Positions 7,031-14,730 of a DNA stretch of 15,723 bases are shown here, one piece after another. The stretch covers positions 1 to 15,723 of the IMG/VR virus record IMGVR_UViG_3300022758_000053; one strand, 5' to 3'. Positions within the stretch are counted from its first letter, which is position 1. Each line of letters begins with the position of its first letter. The position numbers and the translations under genes were made by a program. The stretch is from a virus. Under the pieces are notes generated by a model that saw only the letters and a program-made list of their open reading frames with translations, made no database searches and had not been told where the DNA came from.

Positions 7031-7087
7031 ACATGCCTAACGCATAGGCTTTATACAAGGCTTTTCTGACCGTAATTTTATTACGCC

Positions 7088-7735
7088 CTAACTCGCCTTT
7101 TTACGATATTTCAGAATAATTCTGCCAATCTCGTCATCTAACCTTTCAGGCCACTCATAATGATTGAAGACACAATCAACAATCTTACTGAATAGCTCTC
7201 TTGACAGCACGCCTTCCATTTGAATGGCCTTCAAAGGAGTTAAAGCAGCCTTCTCTAAATAACACTGATTGATGGCGTTTTGGGTTTTGTTAGCTTTCTT
7301 CTTATCGCACCCTTTAATATCTCTAATGTACTTGTTTAGGTCGTTAGGGTGTTCCTTGCGTAGCCCTTCCACTTCCTCACGGAACTCCTGGAATAGCTCC
7401 GCTGGCAGTCCTGCGTTGGTTTTATCCAAAACTGGGCGCGTGGTTTTACCTCTTGTGTAATTCTTGGATAGATATGCTTTAAGGTCATGATATAGCTCAT
7501 CAGAAATGATGCCTTTCAGTCTATCGACTGTTTGAGGTGAGATTCTCTGACGCTCCACGACCGCATTATTGAGTGCTTGCAAAATGATAATCGCTTGTTT
7601 CTCGCTGCACTGTCTCACTTTTTGGAAATGTTGCTTGTAATCTTTCGGATGTGCCTCTTTAAGTGCTGCATGTTCATTGATCAACCGTTGATGTAGCTCC
7701 TTGGTCAGTCCAGCATATTTGTAGGTTTTGCTCAT
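7088..7735 (-). CDS. Hypothetical protein (215 aa) made of two tandem copies of a roughly 95-aa domain
   Basis: ATG 7735 overlaps the upstream stop as ATGA. The track's longer N-terminal extension overlaps the previous gene. The internal repeat AGLTKELHQ...KEAHPKDYK...C..K.A / AGLPAELFQ...RKEHPNDLNK...C..K.A is visible by eye. Confidence 0.75.
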   Translation of the reverse strand: MSKTYKYAGLTKELHQRLINEHAALKEAHPKDYKQHFQKVRQCSEKQAIIILQALNNAVVERQRISPQTVDRLKGIISDELYHDLKAYLSKNYTRGKTTRPVLDKTNAGLPAELFQEFREEVEGLRKEHPNDLNKYIRDIKGCDKKKANKTQNAINQCYLEKAALTPLKAIQMEGVLSRELFSKIVDCVFNHYEWPERLDDEIGRIILKYRKKAS

Positions 7736-7980
7736 GAGCTCCGCTCCTCTATCGCTTGGCAGTCTGCGATATATCCCTCTAATGTTATTCCAACGGCTTC
7801 GAACGGAGCGTATTCGCACACAGTTCTCTTAACCACCATTGTCGTAAGCGCTCTTGTATTTCTTGGACCTCTACCGCAAATAATAGCTACATCTCTCCTA
7901 AAGCGATCTCGCTCGAAAGCCATATCATAAAGTTTTGAGACGTTTCTCATTACCGATTTTTTTAATTGTCGTTTGTTCAT
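7732..7980 (-). CDS. Hypothetical protein (82 aa)
   Basis: ATG 7980 overlaps the HNH stop as TAATG, and its own stop overlaps the next start as ATGA. No family was recognised. Confidence 0.65.
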   Translation of the reverse strand: MNKRQLKKSVMRNVSKLYDMAFERDRFRRDVAIICGRGPRNTRALTTMVVKRTVCEYAPFEAVGITLEGYIADCQAIEERSS

Positions 7981-8525
7981 TATTCCACCTCTGCCAGTTC
8001 TGGATTCTCGTAGATTCTATTTCTAATAGTTGACCAATCGCACCCGTAATGTGATGCAATCCAATTTATTGATTTACCTTCGACTAAGAATGTTTTTAAC
8101 TCTTCTAATGGGATTGAAATGCGCTTTTTCATTTTTAAGCCTTTTCTATTATGATTTGCCATGCTTATTTTTCTCCTGTGAGACTCTGAAAAAACACGTC
8201 CTTTATTATGTTTGCTATTATGAGCTTTATTCAATATCAAAGATAAATTTTCTTTTCTTGCATCTAACTTATTCTCATTCAAATGATGTACGCTATATTC
8301 AAATGGAATTCTTGTTCTTAGCCAATATTGCATTAAAAGCCTGTGCACATGAATCTTTTCGTTATGAATTGAAACAGCAGGGTAGCGACCGTGCAAATAT
8401 ATTTTTTTCTTGCTTAAAGAAGGTTTTTTCTGATACCACAGAATTGCCTTCTCTAATTCAGAATAATCAACAATACACTTACATTCATTGTCGAACTCAA
8501 TTTTCTTCTGTATTTTCAACGTCAA
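7980..8525 (-). CDS. HNH endonuclease with a C-terminal HTH
   Basis: HNH core ...VHHLNENKLDARKENLSLILNKAHNSKH and a C-terminal HTH-like INWIASHYGCDWSTIRNRI. No ATG lies upstream of the HNH core. I place the start at TTG 8525 (GGGAGG about 12 nt upstream), with TTG 8519 as an alternative. The track's start at 8669 would overlap yopX by 173 nt. Confidence 0.75.
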   Translation of the reverse strand: MTLKIQKKIEFDNECKCIVDYSELEKAILWYQKKPSLSKKKIYLHGRYPAVSIHNEKIHVHRLLMQYWLRTRIPFEYSVHHLNENKLDARKENLSLILNKAHNSKHNKGRVFSESHRRKISMANHNRKGLKMKKRISIPLEELKTFLVEGKSINWIASHYGCDWSTIRNRIYENPELAEVE

Positions 8526-8928
8526 GTAACTCACCGTCCTCCCATATATTCCCGATGATTTCAACTTCGAAGATATCTGTGTTAAACAAGTCGTATAGAG
8601 GGGATTCTTCGATTTCTCTTTTGATTTCCTTGGAAACAAACATCGCCTTGTTGTTGTTAAAAGATACAACTTCCAACCAGCTTGATAGGTTGGTCACTTT
8701 AAGAATATCCCCCTCAAAGATTTCTTTGCCATTCTTGTCTCTGAGGCCAGTTGATTGCATTAAAACACAATCATCGCTCTTGCACATCCAAGTGATAGCG
8801 TCTCCGATGAAATCAAACTCGCCATTAAAGAAATTAATTTCTTCCACATCTACCATTTCTTTATCTTCTTTAAGCCACGCTCTAAATCTTAACAAAACCA
8901 CCACGCTCCTCCCATTTTTCTTTGGCAT
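8497..8928 (-). CDS. YopX-family protein
   Basis: Contains RFRAW...MQSTGLRDKNGKEIFEGDIL, the characteristic YopX signature. The start is uncertain. ATG 8928 overlaps the upstream HNH by 47 nt, and GTG or TTG codons just after a GGGAGGAG at about 8896-8903 are alternatives. Confidence 0.85.
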   Translation of the reverse strand: MPKKNGRSVVVLLRFRAWLKEDKEMVDVEEINFFNGEFDFIGDAITWMCKSDDCVLMQSTGLRDKNGKEIFEGDILKVTNLSSWLEVVSFNNNKAMFVSKEIKREIEESPLYDLFNTDIFEVEIIGNIWEDGELLDVENTEEN

Positions 8929-9328
8929 GAAGTCTTGAGTGTTCCGAAAATGACATCAATTCAATATTTTCGGGACTATTATCTAGTTTATTTTCATTTA
9001 CATGATGTGCAACTTCATTATTTTTCAAAAACCTTCCTAATTTATTCTCCAATACTAATCTATGTTTTCCAACATACCCTGATTTCATGGCATTGGGGTG
9101 TTTAGGCATGTAAATGTATTCATATCCACTAATAATGACGCTCTTTTTATAAGACCTTCTCCTAACACCTAACTGTGAGCAAGATTGACTGCACGCAGTT
9201 AATCTGTTACCTTCCCCTGTTGGTCTAATAACAAGAGATCCACATTTAGGACATTTGAATAATGAACAATACTCTAACCTTTTTCTGTTGTTGATTCTCA
9301 TTCTTCCTAACCTTTTGATTAGTATCAT
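8882..9328 (-). CDS. HNH endonuclease with an N-terminal Cys-rich (zinc-ribbon-like) region
   Basis: Contains CPKCG...C..SC and AHHVNENKLDNSPENIELMSFSEHSRLH. ATG 9328 overlaps the upstream stop as ATGA. It is a paralogue of the HNH at 7980-8525 (shared HH-x-NENKLD...EN). Confidence 0.85.
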   Translation of the reverse strand: MILIKRLGRMRINNRKRLEYCSLFKCPKCGSLVIRPTGEGNRLTACSQSCSQLGVRRRSYKKSVIISGYEYIYMPKHPNAMKSGYVGKHRLVLENKLGRFLKNNEVAHHVNENKLDNSPENIELMSFSEHSRLHAKEKWEERGGFVKI

Positions 9329-9621
9329 TGCCCTCTCCCTTTCAAATAGCTAGGGATGTCATCCCCAACATTCGCTTGGTCATACTGTTCCTTGCTTACT
9401 AGAAACTTCCCGTAAGCTCCGCAATCAATAGTGTAGAGATCATTAATTTTCTCTTTCCCGGTAACCTTGCCATACATTTCAGAACCAGCGTTATCTACCC
9501 GATGGATAGTTACTGTCTCTACCCTGCGTGGCACTGTCAGAACGTAGTAGACTGACAGCATGTTGATAGCTAGTGATACTAGTAGTATGATTGTAGCTAT
9601 CGTTAAATCTTTATGTTTCAC
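9325..9621 (-). CDS. Small membrane-anchored phage protein (DUF1372-like)
   Basis: N-terminal transmembrane helix (LTIATIILLVSLAINMLSVYYVL). GTG start at 9621 with AAGGGG 7 nt upstream, overlapping the end of the methyltransferase gene. The family assignment is from memory only. Confidence 0.65.
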   Translation of the reverse strand: MKHKDLTIATIILLVSLAINMLSVYYVLTVPRRVETVTIHRVDNAGSEMYGKVTGKEKINDLYTIDCGAYGKFLVSKEQYDQANVGDDIPSYLKGRGQ

Positions 9622-10366
9622 TCATAAACCCCTTATATACCTTTTTTAAAATCTCGCAAACCAAACTCAGAGGAATGTTTGACCTCTCATTATAGGATTT
9701 CGTCCAATCTTGAAATTTGATGTCATTTGACTTCTTTTCATTTTTAAGATTCAACTCAATGTTTCCAGAAAATCGAGTTGGTTTAGAAATCGGATAGTCG
9801 TCATAATTGTTGTATCTTGTATGATTTTCAAACGGGATTTCGAACCCCAGCACTCTCTCGATGTATTGCCAAATTCTGCCATGAGCTGGGTTCTCTATGA
9901 TCCAATATTTGGGCTTGTATCGTTTGATGATTTCGACTGTATTGAACACACACAATTCACCATTGATTCGTTTCATAAGTTGTTTATTTGGGTAGTATTG
10001 ATATCTGTCATAATCCTTATGATCACGAACGGTAAATATCGACAAGGGTTCTTGTGGTTGAAATAAAGAGTCACCTTGCTCTTGTTTCCAACAAGCATTT
10101 CCTCTATCCATGGCGCTAGCGTTAGACCAACTTTCACACGGTGGGCTAGCGATAATCAGATCAGGTTTAGGCAATTTGTCCAATGTGTCAAATAGTGTGT
10201 TATTTCCAAACAAACGGCTATAATCAGCTAAATTCAGATTGATAAAATGATGATTTTTATTTTCGATATCAATACCTATTGGATAGATTTCAATATCTTT
10301 GCCCAGTTTCTTTACACCTTTTGTGTATGATCCGTTTCCACTGTCAAACAATGCCCAGACAATCAT
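9611..10366 (-). CDS. Compact C5-cytosine DNA methyltransferase-like protein (251 aa)
   Basis: Several motifs resemble the C5-methyltransferase set. ALFDSGNGS resembles motif I (FxGxG), ASPPCESWS resembles motif IV (PC), IIENPA resembles motif VI (ENV), and RSNIPLSL resembles motif X (GNxVP). ATG 10366 lies 1 nt after the upstream stop with GAGGAAG upstream. Confidence 0.6.
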   Translation of the reverse strand: MIVWALFDSGNGSYTKGVKKLGKDIEIYPIGIDIENKNHHFINLNLADYSRLFGNNTLFDTLDKLPKPDLIIASPPCESWSNASAMDRGNACWKQEQGDSLFQPQEPLSIFTVRDHKDYDRYQYYPNKQLMKRINGELCVFNTVEIIKRYKPKYWIIENPAHGRIWQYIERVLGFEIPFENHTRYNNYDDYPISKPTRFSGNIELNLKNEKKSNDIKFQDWTKSYNERSNIPLSLVCEILKKVYKGFMSET

Positions 10367-10367
10367 C

Positions 10368-10886
10368 CTAGAGGTCTTCCTCTTTGACGAAAGTGCCATT
10401 AATCATCTTTCCCTTTCTATTCTTAATCTCCTCGTAAGCAATACCGAGACACTCGGTCACATCAAGGTCTAGTTGATGCGCTAGTACGATAATCGTTACC
10501 AGCGTGTCACCGATAGCATCCTTGAGTGCTGCTTGTGGCTCAGCGAATTTCGTTGGTTTCAAGAGTACATCCCGAATCTCTCCGACTTCCTCAGTGATAC
10601 GCATCCACTGTATTTTCGGGTCAGCTTGTTTTAATCCACGGCTATCTGCCCAATGATTGATGCAGCGAACAAGTTTATCAAATTTTCCTTCGAACAATGT
10701 TTCATTCCCTAAAACTTCTATGATAGTCACCCCAAAATAGTCAGCAATTTTTTTGGCACTGTGCATTGTGGGCCAGTATTCCCCCGATTCGAACTTACGT
10801 AACACAGATTCTGAGAATCCTACTTCATCGGCCAGTTCCGATATGGTTAATTCCTTTTTCAGCCGTAGTCGTTGAATTTTATTCAT
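10368..10886 (-). CDS. Fusion protein: XRE-type HTH with a MazG-like NTP pyrophosphohydrolase domain
   Basis: The N-terminal part, LKKELTISELADEVGFSESVLRKFESGE...AKKIADYFGVTIIEVLG, is an XRE HTH. The C-terminal part, ITEEVGEIRDVL...LKDAIGDTLVTIIVLAHQLDLD...YEEIKNRKGKMINGTFVK, is a MazG-type all-alpha NTP-PPase. ATG 10886 overlaps the upstream stop as TGATG. Confidence 0.8.
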   Translation of the reverse strand: MNKIQRLRLKKELTISELADEVGFSESVLRKFESGEYWPTMHSAKKIADYFGVTIIEVLGNETLFEGKFDKLVRCINHWADSRGLKQADPKIQWMRITEEVGEIRDVLLKPTKFAEPQAALKDAIGDTLVTIIVLAHQLDLDVTECLGIAYEEIKNRKGKMINGTFVKEEDL

Positions 10887-11395
10887 CACTCCACCTCTTT
10901 CACTTCCACGCCCGGGCAATCGAATATCCAGCCAAAATCAGCTTCTTCTAGCTCTTTGCGGGTGTGGGCTCTACTTTGCGTGTATATGTTATTGTAAAAA
11001 CGCAATCCGTTAGTGCCTGTTTTCACTAACCAATCTCCGCCCCCATCTTTCTTCTTGAGTTTAACCGTATATCTAGCCTCTTTCTCTACCTCGTAGCCAA
11101 ACTGGTGCATGTTGACTAGGATATTAAACGGTCTTGTTTTGCTACTGATCAACCATTCTTGGAAGTCAGTTAGACCGCCACAATTGTAATTTTTTTCAGT
11201 CTGGCAGACCTCTCGATACAGATTTATCTCAAACTCATCCTTATGCCCCTCATACCAATCTGCCACACACGGCGGTACCACTGGTTTTGGGAAAAACGAG
11301 TCATATAGGTCTTCTGCGTAAGATACCGAACCGCCAGATATCCTTGATATTGTCCGCACTGCTTCTTCTCGACTTACTGCTTCTTGTCTATCCAT
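10886..11395 (-). CDS. DUF1642-like phage protein
   Basis: A 169-aa ORF with KPVVPPCVADWYE..., a motif I associate with DUF1642 proteins of Streptococcus and Lactococcus phages. ATG 11395 overlaps the upstream gene by 8 nt. Confidence 0.65.
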   Translation of the reverse strand: MDRQEAVSREEAVRTISRISGGSVSYAEDLYDSFFPKPVVPPCVADWYEGHKDEFEINLYREVCQTEKNYNCGGLTDFQEWLISSKTRPFNILVNMHQFGYEVEKEARYTVKLKKKDGGGDWLVKTGTNGLRFYNNIYTQSRAHTRKELEEADFGWIFDCPGVEVKEVE

Positions 11396-11597
11396 TGTTT
11401 TCTCCCTCTAGCAAAATCTTTTCTAACTGCTCAATCGTTTCGGTTCTTACATAAATCCGATTTGTCCCGTCTGCGAACGGCGTTTTTACAAAAATGATAT
11501 TAGGGCCAATAGAGATGTGCCCGATATCATCGACATTTAAAATTGTGTCCATATCAATTCCTTGTGCGATGTTTGTAACTCTAATAAATTTAGCCAT
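11388..11597 (-). CDS. Hypothetical protein (69 aa)
   Basis: ATG 11597 is preceded by AAGGAGG with a 6-nt spacer. The track's longer form (start 11651) lacks an RBS and overlaps the upstream ORF. Confidence 0.6.
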   Translation of the reverse strand: MAKFIRVTNIAQGIDMDTILNVDDIGHISIGPNIIFVKTPFADGTNRIYVRTETIEQLEKILLEGENNG

Positions 11598-11841
11598 TAC
11601 TAACCTCCTTTGACTCCACTTCATGGCACTTGCTACCGCCATACTTAGCACCTTGTCTGTGAAACTCGTTCAGTGCCTTATTCTTGTCCTTGTATTGAAT
11701 ACGTTGGTATAGCTTGCCATTCTCAAATACTGATACCGCCCAACTCATTTCATGCTCCTTAATTCCCATAGTTATCGGTTCCGGCCCTTCTCTGAAAACC
11801 TTTGCCGGATTCTTTGCTATAAATCGTCTTAACCATTGCAT
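11590..11841 (-). CDS. Hypothetical protein (start uncertain)
   Basis: ORF in the operon frame. ATG 11841 has a poor RBS. The internal ATG 11748 (MSWAVSVFENGK...) follows AAGGAG with a 6-nt spacer and may be the true start. Confidence 0.5.
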   Translation of the reverse strand: MQWLRRFIAKNPAKVFREGPEPITMGIKEHEMSWAVSVFENGKLYQRIQYKDKNKALNEFHRQGAKYGGSKCHEVESKEVSNG

Positions 11842-12068
11842 AGCTCGACCATCTTTCTTAACAAGCCTTCATCCGGTAACTGCTCTAGTGTCAAAATCCG
11901 ATTGAGCTTTTTTGCGTTGATTCCCAACTTAGCGCTGATATATTCCATATCTTCGTGGTTAGCCCAGAACCATTTCGAAAACTCTTGCGTTTGACCTAAT
12001 ACGCTTGTGTGGTCGTAACTGCCCGGCGCATACACACCAACCAACTTATCTTTATATTTGCTGTTCAT
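11829..12068 (-). CDS. Hypothetical protein (79 aa)
   Basis: ATG 12068 overlaps the rusA stop as ATGA. No family was recognised. Confidence 0.65.
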   Translation of the reverse strand: MNSKYKDKLVGVYAPGSYDHTSVLGQTQEFSKWFWANHEDMEYISAKLGINAKKLNRILTLEQLPDEGLLRKMVELCNG

Positions 12069-12526
12069 TCAAGCTCCTTGATTTCAAGTTCAATGCGTGG
12101 GTTAGGACTGTACTTCTTACGAGCTCTCAACTCGCAAACAATGCTGTCATCCGTCCAGACGATACCCTTCTTATCAACTTTGTTGTAGCCAGCTTTTGAA
12201 ATACTGTCAAAGAGCGATTTGACCAGATTATCAACGTCTGGAGTTTTCGCATGCCAAAGTGTTTCAGACATGAACCGCTTGAACGCATCCCACGTTTTAG
12301 CCCTTGCTTTTGGCGTTGGTTTCTTCGATACATTCAGCGGGGCTTTCATGTAAAATACGACATCGACTGAGATAGGACCGTCGTAGAATTGTCCGTCATA
12401 TTCTTGCTCGATAAGTTGCGAACATTGACGACGCCATGCCTTCATTTTAGGGTCTTCGTAAGTTCCGAATTTGCTGAATCGTGGCCTTGTTTGAGGTTTA
12501 GGCTCAATGTTTAAAATCATTTTCAT
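12065..12526 (-). CDS. rusA: RusA-family Holliday junction resolvase
   Basis: Contains EPKPQTRPRF..., ...KTPDVDNLVKSLFDSI... and ...VWTDDSIVCEL, which match the RusA catalytic-Asp signature pattern. It is 153 aa long. Confidence 0.85.
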   Translation of the reverse strand: MKMILNIEPKPQTRPRFSKFGTYEDPKMKAWRRQCSQLIEQEYDGQFYDGPISVDVVFYMKAPLNVSKKPTPKARAKTWDAFKRFMSETLWHAKTPDVDNLVKSLFDSISKAGYNKVDKKGIVWTDDSIVCELRARKKYSPNPRIELEIKELE

Positions 12527-12538
12527 GTTTTCACCAAA

Positions 12539-12994
12539 TCAGAAGGGTAGATCTGAATCTTGGATATCCATAGGGTTTGAATTACCAAACGGATTGCCGT
12601 TATTTTTTGAATAACTTGGCGCTTGCTGTTGAGATTGATTATAACCACCGTTAGCATTGCTACCTTCACGCGCTGCACGGCTTTCTAACATTTGAAAGTT
12701 CTCAGCAACCACCTCAGTCACATAGACTCTTTGACCTTGCTGGTTCTCGTAGCTGCGAGTCTGGATGCGTCCAGTAATCCCAATCAATGCGCCTTTTTTA
12801 GCCCAATTAGCCAAATTCTCGGCTTGCTGACGCCAGATAACGCAGTTGATAAAGTCTGTTTCACGTTCGCCGTTAGCATCCTTGAAATTGCGGTTAACAG
12901 CTAGGCTAAACGTAGCTACTGCAATGTTACTGGTCGTGTATTTTAGTTCGGGGTCACGGGTTAGGCGCCCAACTAGTACGGTCGAATTGATCAT
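12539..12994 (-). CDS. ssb: Single-stranded DNA-binding protein
   Basis: [20 protein letters not shown]... OB fold, a Gly/Gln/Asn-rich linker, and the acidic tip ...DIQDSDLPF. The ATG overlaps the upstream stop as ATGA. Confidence 0.95.
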   Translation of the reverse strand: MINSTVLVGRLTRDPELKYTTSNIAVATFSLAVNRNFKDANGERETDFINCVIWRQQAENLANWAKKGALIGITGRIQTRSYENQQGQRVYVTEVVAENFQMLESRAAREGSNANGGYNQSQQQAPSYSKNNGNPFGNSNPMDIQDSDLPF

Positions 12995-13974
12995 TGATTT
13001 TCTCCTAGAATTTCATAATTTACAAAGTTGTCATCCAACAGCTTAGCGAATTGATGCCACTGATTCTCTCCGCCGTGGAAAGTTAGTGAAAGATTGACCT
13101 TGTACGGTTCAGCGGGTTTGCTAGGCACTTCCTCGACAGGCTTAGTGTCTTCGATAACCTCGCCTGTTTCAGCATTTACTGCTTTGATTTCCTTGTTAGC
13201 TGACTGTTGGGCCATTGCTTCAATCTCTGCTAGACGTGCCGCTTCTGCTTTTTGTTTGGCTTCTGCTTGCTGCTTGCGTTCAATAGCTGCATCACGGTCC
13301 TTCTTCATTTGCTTGACAACTTCAACTAGAGGTGTGCCAATTTGCAATAATTTGATATATAGCTCTGCCGGTAGTTCATAATCAAGAGCTTGTTCTTCAA
13401 TCATGGCAATGTTGGCCTTGTATTCCTCAAGTCGGTCATACTCAGCCAAAACCAATGCGTCAATCTTTTCTTCTGTCGCTTTTTTGAGCTTCATTTTCTT
13501 ATCCATGAAATCTCCGACTTTAGAAAAGCTCTCGTACTTGTCCTTGAATGTATCCTTGTCTAGTCCGGCTAGCTCACACTTACTTTCAAAGACTGATCTA
13601 ACGTGGTCGATTCGCAGCATTTTTTTGTGTTCTTTGACTTCATCACGTTTAGCGCGCAACTTGTCAAGAAGTGCATTCAATGGCTCTAGCGAGGTCGCTA
13701 GTTTAGATTCAAACTCGGTGAGTGGGTCTTTGTAGATTCTGCCAATTTCCTTACGCTTGTCATCCAGTTTGTCGCCAAGCCCTTTGAAACGAGTAATTTC
13801 TTTTAAGACCTCGTCATATTCAAGCTGGTCCAGTTGCTCGTCTGATAGCTCGCTAACTGCCGCTTGAATAGCTGCATCGAATTTGTCAAAGTCGAAGTTA
13901 ATCGTCCCCGGTGTATAAACCGGCTCGATTGTTTCCAAGAAATTGTTTGTTGCGTTGTTCGTTACGTCCTTCAT
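12991..13974 (-). CDS. DUF1351-like coiled-coil phage protein, accessory to the recombination module
   Basis: A 327-aa, E/K/A-rich coiled-coil protein located between erf and ssb. DUF1351 proteins occupy this position in lactic-acid-bacteria phages. The family call is from memory. Confidence 0.6.
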   Translation of the reverse strand: MKDVTNNATNNFLETIEPVYTPGTINFDFDKFDAAIQAAVSELSDEQLDQLEYDEVLKEITRFKGLGDKLDDKRKEIGRIYKDPLTEFESKLATSLEPLNALLDKLRAKRDEVKEHKKMLRIDHVRSVFESKCELAGLDKDTFKDKYESFSKVGDFMDKKMKLKKATEEKIDALVLAEYDRLEEYKANIAMIEEQALDYELPAELYIKLLQIGTPLVEVVKQMKKDRDAAIERKQQAEAKQKAEAARLAEIEAMAQQSANKEIKAVNAETGEVIEDTKPVEEVPSKPAEPYKVNLSLTFHGGENQWHQFAKLLDDNFVNYEILGENQ

Positions 13975-13977
13975 GTC

Positions 13978-14676
13978 TTATCCCTTTCGATTGTTAATTT
14001 GTGTTTGAATGTCGTTAGATACCACGTTAAAACCTGCTACTAGCAACTCATGGAAGTCATTGAGCTTGTACTTCTTCAAGTAGTAATTAGCTACTGTTTC
14101 GGTTGCTTGACCAGTAATTAGTGCTAGCTCATTGATTTGTTGCATGATAAGGTCATGTTGTTCATTGCTAATGAAGTTAGGTTGTTGATCGCTTCTTGAC
14201 TCGTAGCGTGCTTGTTGCGGTTGTTGGTTTTGATGTGGCTGGGGGTTGTGAGGTTGGTTTTGTTGCAAACTATCCTCTGACATTTCAAATTGGTCCACAT
14301 CTTGGTCACCGATTGCAAACAATGACTGTAAGGCATATTTCCCAGCGTATGATTGCACCGCTCCTGTCCATTGCGGCTCAGTCATTTGTTTTAAGTCCCC
14401 GTTACGAGTTTTTAAAATCGGTACGGGAGACAATTCGGCAAACGCTACCGATTCCACGTTTTTTTCTTTACTGAAAGCCGTGGCAGTGGCTTTGATATAG
14501 GTTTTGTCCATAACTACAACCAAGTCATAGTCAACAACGACACTCCAGTTTGATTTAAAACTCTTGAATGTGTTGTAAATGTCCTCAGCACTTCTTGAAG
14601 CGTACTTGGCATTTCGTTCTTGCTTTTTTTCAAGCTGCATCCGTTGTTGCAGCTCAGTGAATGTCATTTCTTCCAT
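13978..14676 (-). CDS. erf: ERF-family single-strand annealing protein
   Basis: The motifs AKYASRSAEDIYNTFK, TYIKATATAF and GAVQSYAGKYALQSLFAIGDQ parallel the P22 Erf motifs (KYRS.EDIL, YYVKATATI, SYARKY.L..LFGI). A Q/P-rich linker precedes the C-terminal domain. Confidence 0.8.
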   Translation of the reverse strand: MEEMTFTELQQRMQLEKKQERNAKYASRSAEDIYNTFKSFKSNWSVVVDYDLVVVMDKTYIKATATAFSKEKNVESVAFAELSPVPILKTRNGDLKQMTEPQWTGAVQSYAGKYALQSLFAIGDQDVDQFEMSEDSLQQNQPHNPQPHQNQQPQQARYESRSDQQPNFISNEQHDLIMQQINELALITGQATETVANYYLKKYKLNDFHELLVAGFNVVSNDIQTQINNRKG

Positions 14677-14730
14677 GTCATATCCTTTTTAATACCCCTA
14701 ATTCTCAAATTTTGGGTTCTCTTATCGTTT

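Larger units (their letters stand above)
6298..7087. other. ORF-free 790-bp island at the early/late junction, proposed as a structured non-coding RNA region
   Basis: This is the only long gap in an otherwise tightly packed operon layout. Every frame is broken by stops, and the only track ORF is a 69-aa ORF that overlaps a tRNA-like element. The island contains T-loop elements and many helices (see findings). Confidence 0.6.

Noticed and set aside
7071-7085. The hairpin CGTAAT-aaa-ATTACG, right after the stop of the 7088-7735 gene, as the early-operon terminator.
   Set aside because: It has only 6 AT-rich base pairs with a 3-nt loop, and no U-run follows on the minus strand. That is not convincing for an intrinsic terminator.
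8526-8669. The N-terminal extension of the HNH ORF overlaps yopX by 173 nt, raising the idea of a programmed frameshift or fusion.
   Set aside because: The extension is Ser/Lys/Thr-rich and low in complexity, with no motif. It lies in an alternative frame of a well-supported YopX coding region. A TTG start with GGGAGG upstream explains the gene without invoking recoding.
8030-8938. A 302-aa ORF on the plus strand, the longest plus-strand ORF in the window.
   Set aside because: It lies exactly antisense to the HNH and YopX genes. Its product is Ser/Leu/Phe-rich and low in complexity, and it has no RBS or recognisable motif. This is a typical shadow ORF opposite K/E/N-rich AT-rich coding sequence.
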